From a virus (Duplodnaviria; Heunggongvirae; Uroviricota; Caudoviricetes): DNA of 18,849 nt. The position numbers and the translations under genes were made by a program. The stretch lies in IMG/VR virus record IMGVR_UViG_3300034156_000107, one strand, 5' to 3'. The notes beneath the pieces were generated by a model. That model was not told where the DNA came from. It searched no databases and saw nothing but the letters and a program-made list of their open reading frames with translations. Shown piece after piece: positions 15,064-18,849 of the stretch; positions within the stretch are counted from its first letter, which is position 1, and every line of letters starts with the position of its first letter.

Positions 15064-15145
15064 CATTTTTGAGTTTTCAAACTGTAGCATTTTCAAAATC
15101 TATATGGTATAATCAATTCGTCAAACACATAAAGGATATTCGATT

Positions 15146-15331
15146 ATGAAAGCTTATGGTCACTCTCGTTCTGATAAACTTGAATGCAAATATGGCTGCT
15201 GCACCAGCAAATCTGGCAAAGCCAAAAACTGCCGTGGTGTTGTAGACCGTGCTAACCGTAAAACTGCCCGTCAATCCGGTATCAAAGAAATCGCTGTGAA
15301 CATCCGTGAAGCCTCGGTGGTTGAGGATTAA
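15146..15331 (+). CDS. Small basic Cys-rich protein, 61 aa
   Basis: AAGGA RBS, TGnTATAAT at 15105-15113; CKYGCC..C and RANRKTARQ. Confidence 0.85.
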   Translation: MKAYGHSRSDKLECKYGCCTSKSGKAKNCRGVVDRANRKTARQSGIKEIAVNIREASVVED

Positions 15332-15333
15332 TC

Positions 15334-15705
15334 ATGGATCTCGACTTCATCGTTAGCCATATTGAAAAAACGCTGACAGATGATTTGTTGAAGCCTGTCT
15401 ATCGTAAGATGACGGACAGGCATTTGACCACTGGTCATTGCTATGCCGCTTCCGAGGCTGCTTTTCACTTGCTTGGTGGTGGTCAATACTGGATGTCGTG
15501 TTGTGGGCGTGATGAGTCTGGTGGCACTCATTGGTGGCTGAAAAACAAAGCTTCTGGTGAAATTCTTGATGTGACTTCTTCTCAATTCACTCACTTCGGC
15601 AATATCCCACCTTATGCCAATGGCCGTCCTGTTGGCTTTCTAACCAAACTCCCCAGCAAACGAGCTGTTGTTATCATTGAACGTCTAAAATCATTGAAAA
15701 ACTAG
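15334..15705 (+). CDS. Candidate transglutaminase/papain-like Cys-His-Asp enzyme (YunG-like pattern), 123 aa
   Basis: GHCYAASEA (Cys), GTHWWL (His), EILDVTSSQF (Asp); GAGG RBS in the end of the upstream gene. Confidence 0.65.
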   Translation: MDLDFIVSHIEKTLTDDLLKPVYRKMTDRHLTTGHCYAASEAAFHLLGGGQYWMSCCGRDESGGTHWWLKNKASGEILDVTSSQFTHFGNIPPYANGRPVGFLTKLPSKRAVVIIERLKSLKN

Positions 15706-15722
15706 CTTTTTAGTGGTATAAT
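15694..15722 (+). promoter_or_regulatory. sigma70-type promoter
   Basis: TTGAAA-17-TATAAT with TG extension. Confidence 0.8.
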
Positions 15723-15750
15723 CATGGCATACTCAATAGAGATCATGACC

Positions 15751-16029
15751 ATGAAAATTATTGCACGCATTCAACAATCCATCCATGATTACAAAAATCC
15801 TTCGGATGAGAAGCTTTTTGCAAAAGCCTACAAACTCTATCACTTATTCGCCAGCTATCATCACCTGCAACATACTCGTGGTGGTTATGAAGCGGCTGTT
15901 AAAAATAAAAATGACATGTATTCACGGCTTCAATCCATTCGTGACATGGATGCGAATGAGGCTCGCACTCATGAAATCAAAGACACCATTGAAGCTTTCA
16001 AAAAGCTCAACAAAATTGGTTTTCGCTAA
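15751..16029 (+). CDS. Hypothetical protein, paralog A (IHDYKNPSD family)
   Basis: The promoter excludes ATG 15724 (alternative start 15745); aligns with the next gene. Confidence 0.82.
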   Translation: MKIIARIQQSIHDYKNPSDEKLFAKAYKLYHLFASYHHLQHTRGGYEAAVKNKNDMYSRLQSIRDMDANEARTHEIKDTIEAFKKLNKIGFR

Positions 16030-16042
16030 TAGGTGATTGTTG

Positions 16043-16327
16043 ATGAACATTATCAAACTCATTCAAAAAGCCATTCATGATTACAAAAACCCTTCCGATT
16101 CTAAGCTTTTCAACAAAGCTCGAAATCTATATACACTGTATGTCAGCAACAATATTCGGTATCATGTTGTCTATAAGCACAAAATGTATGGTTCTCAACA
16201 AGCGATTGTAACCAGAGATAAAATGTTCGACATGCTGTGTGCTATTCCTAATATGCCTGCTAATGCGGCTCGCCGTGAAAAATTAGTCGAAATGGTGGCT
16301 TTGTTCAAGCAATATAACCGTCAGTAG
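16043..16327 (+). CDS. Hypothetical protein, paralog B (IHDYKNPSD family)
   Basis: AGGTGA RBS before ATG 16043; paralogy. Confidence 0.82.
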   Translation: MNIIKLIQKAIHDYKNPSDSKLFNKARNLYTLYVSNNIRYHVVYKHKMYGSQQAIVTRDKMFDMLCAIPNMPANAARREKLVEMVALFKQYNRQ

Positions 16328-16330
16328 AAC

Positions 16331-16359
16331 TAGACATTTCTAAGTTTTTTCGGTATAAT
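16331..16359 (+). promoter_or_regulatory. sigma70-type promoter
   Basis: TAGACA-17-TATAAT. Confidence 0.75.
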
Positions 16360-16390
16360 TACCCAACTTAATCAATAGGAAGACACTTCA

Positions 16391-16831
16391 ATGACTACTC
16401 AAAGTAACCCTGAAATCTTGAAATCTTTGGCTCTGAATGCAATCGACCGCCTTGAAAAAGACAAACGGATTATCTGCAGTATGCCAAGCTTGATGTCGGC
16501 TGTTGATATGGAAATTTTTTATGACAACAAAATCGAATCCATTCAGAAATTTCTGAAAGCGTTGTCGTTCACCAACGAAGTTGATATTGAACTGTGTGAA
16601 CTGCTTGAAAAAGAAGATTATTTGGTCGTTGCACAATCCTTTGACAATGAAGTTAAAGCTTTCTCGGAAGCCATGACACTTCTTCACCGTCACCTGCTGA
16701 CCACTCCGGTTAACCCTGAAAACACCGAAGCTGAAAATGACAAGATGAAACCTTACTTTGATCAGCAATGGGCAATGGTTGAGGCAAAACATGAGTTCTA
16801 CCACCTTTACAACCAAGTTCGATATAACTAA
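16391..16831 (+). CDS. Hypothetical acidic helical protein, 146 aa
   Basis: AGGA RBS, own promoter and terminator. Confidence 0.85.
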   Translation: MTTQSNPEILKSLALNAIDRLEKDKRIICSMPSLMSAVDMEIFYDNKIESIQKFLKALSFTNEVDIELCELLEKEDYLVVAQSFDNEVKAFSEAMTLLHRHLLTTPVNPENTEAENDKMKPYFDQQWAMVEAKHEFYHLYNQVRYN

Positions 16832-16845
16832 GCTAAACACTAAAC

Positions 16846-16872
16846 AAAAAAACCACCTTTTGGTGGTTTTTT
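16846..16872. terminator. Bidirectional intrinsic terminator
   Basis: AAAAAAACCACC-tttt-GGTGGTTTTTT between convergent genes. Confidence 0.92.
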
Positions 16873-16898
16873 GTTGTCTTCATGTTGGTGATGATTGA

Positions 16899-17726
16899 TT
16901 AAATTTCCAGCATGTCATGGATTAAAACAATGTCTCTTGCCGTGGTGTAGTCGGTGTCATGTTCTTTGTTATACCACTCTACAAAACTGCATTCTAATGC
17001 TTGGATATTCATTCTTTTTGAGTTATGCACACTGACTATGCCGTATTGTTTCGCTGATAGTTTTCGTTTGATTTTAATATCACTTTTTGAAATTGAGAAA
17101 AACAGTTTGCCATAGTTAAAAAAGATATAATAGCCCGAATCACTGGTAAACACGTTGGCTTCAACATGGCCTAATCTTTGAGTTTCATACTGATCTTGTT
17201 CGTGAACGGAATCCAAATATGAAAAAGTTTTAAACAATCTATTATTTTCAAATAATAAGTTGTCCACGATTTTTAAGTTGGCGTAGAGGCTTTGTTTTTC
17301 TGCGATAATTGAGTGACGATCTAACAAATATTGGTTATTTTCAAATTGACGATTAATATTATCATTGATCATATTGTTAATGGCATTGTCATCCACACAC
17401 TCTTTGAGATTAAATTCATGAGTTACGTTTTCAACAAGACCTTCAAATCCAGATGTTTTGTAATAGAATGGATAGCCTTTTTTAAAACTAATCTTTAAGG
17501 TTTCTCTCGATACAATTAAAGTGACCTCAGTGGCATAATCACCTTCGTAAATATTGATAAGGTCATCAGCAATCACTGATAACAGTCTTTTTAATTTCGC
17601 AGGACGATCTGGAATATAGAGCACGTCATCAACCAGAGAAGTGTCTACATTTTTTAATTGGCTGACTGGTATGTCTTCGACCATCCATCCTTTCAATACC
17701 AGTGGAACGTTTGTGATTGTTTCCAT
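16899..17726 (-). CDS. Hypothetical protein, 275 aa, tandem paralog with the shared C-terminal motif (..LIHDMLEI)
   Basis: GGAG RBS; LKNVD..IADDLINIYEGDY matches the upstream paralog. Confidence 0.88.
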   Translation of the reverse strand: METITNVPLVLKGWMVEDIPVSQLKNVDTSLVDDVLYIPDRPAKLKRLLSVIADDLINIYEGDYATEVTLIVSRETLKISFKKGYPFYYKTSGFEGLVENVTHEFNLKECVDDNAINNMINDNINRQFENNQYLLDRHSIIAEKQSLYANLKIVDNLLFENNRLFKTFSYLDSVHEQDQYETQRLGHVEANVFTSDSGYYIFFNYGKLFFSISKSDIKIKRKLSAKQYGIVSVHNSKRMNIQALECSFVEWYNKEHDTDYTTARDIVLIHDMLEI

Positions 17727-17727
17727 T

Positions 17728-18546
17728 TTAAATCTCCATCATGTCATGAACGATTCGAAGATCTTTAACATCAGTGTATTCAGTCCCATAAATATGATTA
17801 TAGATTCTTAAAAAGCTTTGTTCTACTTCATCAAATTTAAAACCATCTTTGGAATTAAAGACTGCTCGACACGTACTTTCTTCTTCTTTTGTTTTAGATG
17901 AGCGAATTAATATTCCCATGTCCGTGACAGCAATATAAAGCCAGCCAAAAGAAACAGTGACCATTGCTCCTTCAGACGTTGTGTTAATGCTGGCTGTTAT
18001 ATTACCCATTGTGTGTTTCTTAATTGGATCTTCATAGATTGTTTTCAGGTAAGAAAACTTCTTGACCAGTGTGTTTTCATCAAATAAGAGTTTGTCTATA
18101 TAGCCTAGATATTTGTAGAACTTCTGTTTTCTTGGAACATCAGTAAAGTTCTTTTCGTATAACCAGCTTTTGGAAGTTTCTTCAAATTTATGTCTGATTT
18201 CAGAATCAATAGATTGATGAATATCTTTATCATCGGTGTATTCATACAAAGAAAAATTATACGTGATGTCACTGATTGGTCCACTGCCTTGTTCAAAGAT
18301 AAATGGATAACTTTTTTCCAATCCAATATCGAGACTGCGATCATCTAAGGCAAAAGAAATGCCTGTTTCATAATCACCACCATTGATGTTGATCAAGTCA
18401 TCTGCCAACAAATCAAGCAACCGAACTAGATAGGTTTTATAGGATTCGCTTAAAAATCGACTAACAAATTCCACATCAACATTTTTTAGTCTGCTGATGG
18501 CGTAAGTGTTGCTCAATCTTGTTTGCAGAACCAATGGTTCATTCAT
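17728..18546 (-). CDS. Hypothetical protein, 272 aa, tandem paralog with the shared C-terminal motif (..IVHDMMEI)
   Basis: AGGTGG RBS; LKNVD..LADDLININGGDY; TGATATAAT upstream on the minus strand. Confidence 0.88.
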   Translation of the reverse strand: MNEPLVLQTRLSNTYAISRLKNVDVEFVSRFLSESYKTYLVRLLDLLADDLININGGDYETGISFALDDRSLDIGLEKSYPFIFEQGSGPISDITYNFSLYEYTDDKDIHQSIDSEIRHKFEETSKSWLYEKNFTDVPRKQKFYKYLGYIDKLLFDENTLVKKFSYLKTIYEDPIKKHTMGNITASINTTSEGAMVTVSFGWLYIAVTDMGILIRSSKTKEEESTCRAVFNSKDGFKFDEVEQSFLRIYNHIYGTEYTDVKDLRIVHDMMEI

Positions 18547-18689
18547 TATCTTTTACCACCTATAAAAACAGTTAGACATTTGTTCAGATTATATCATTTA
18601 TTCGCTTTTTTTACCATCTATTTTTTAGCTTTCGTTTCTACTGTTGTTGTGTTATAATGGAGCTTCAAAACATAGCATTCAGGTGACCT

Positions 18690-18849
18690 ATGCTTAAAAC
18701 AATGCGAATGATAGCTATCCATATTGCAATGGTTTCAATTATTTTGTCTATTGCGTCTTTCGTCAACTATTATCTACTGGATAACAGTATGGGAAAAGGC
18801 GTCTATGCCGCTACTCTGGCAGCTTCGCTGTACTTGCAAGCGGTTCTCG
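18690..18849 (+). CDS. Small membrane protein, 3' truncated (MLKTMRMIAIHIAMVSIILSIASF...)
   Basis: AGGTG RBS, TGnTATAAT at 18650-58; frame open to the window end; hydrophobic. Confidence 0.7.
   Translation, partial: MLKTMRMIAIHIAMVSIILSIASFVNYYLLDNSMGKGVYAATLAASLYLQAVL

Noticed and set aside
105-18344. Numerous antisense or out-of-frame shadow ORFs (e.g. 105-380, 4044-4304, 10057-10731, 12458-12952, 13432-13932, 16388-16840)
   Set aside because: They are nested in better-supported genes that have RBS, promoter and terminator context.
1-18849. CRISPR array, transposase, integrase or att repeats
   Set aside because: No regularly spaced repeats or recombinase/transposase motifs were seen; the repeated elements are terminators and paralogous genes.

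Overview
AT-rich, densely packed accessory region of a large mobile replicon (jumbo phage or megaplasmid, probably of a Gammaproteobacterium; inferred, as no replication, structural or transfer genes are in the window). It holds about 35 mostly small or medium hypothetical genes. Many are separate transcription units bounded by short hairpin terminators followed closely by sigma70-type promoters. Recognisable products are the 3' part of an M17 leucyl aminopeptidase (pepA-like), a trypsin-like serine protease lipoprotein, a secreted protein with about 7 Ig/PKD-like repeats, a candidate 2OG-Fe(II)/cupin enzyme and a candidate Cys-His-Asp (transglutaminase/papain-like) enzyme. There are several paralog pairs or triplets. 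The most unusual signals are: (i) a promoter-to-terminator non-coding unit of about 325 nt carrying two paralogous, non-canonical tRNA-like cloverleaves (CGC and AAT anticodon positions, G4:U69, no CCA, extended acceptor stems) plus extra hairpins; (ii) a second stand-alone structured RNA of about 130 nt with pseudoknot potential and a tRNA-like 3' end; (iii) a shared C-terminal [DQ]-[MF]-[MLV]-x-[IVY]-COOH module on five proteins of 230-275 aa; (iv) a cluster of three genes built from a repeated ~35-aa motif, two of them ending in Gly-rich/Cys tails.
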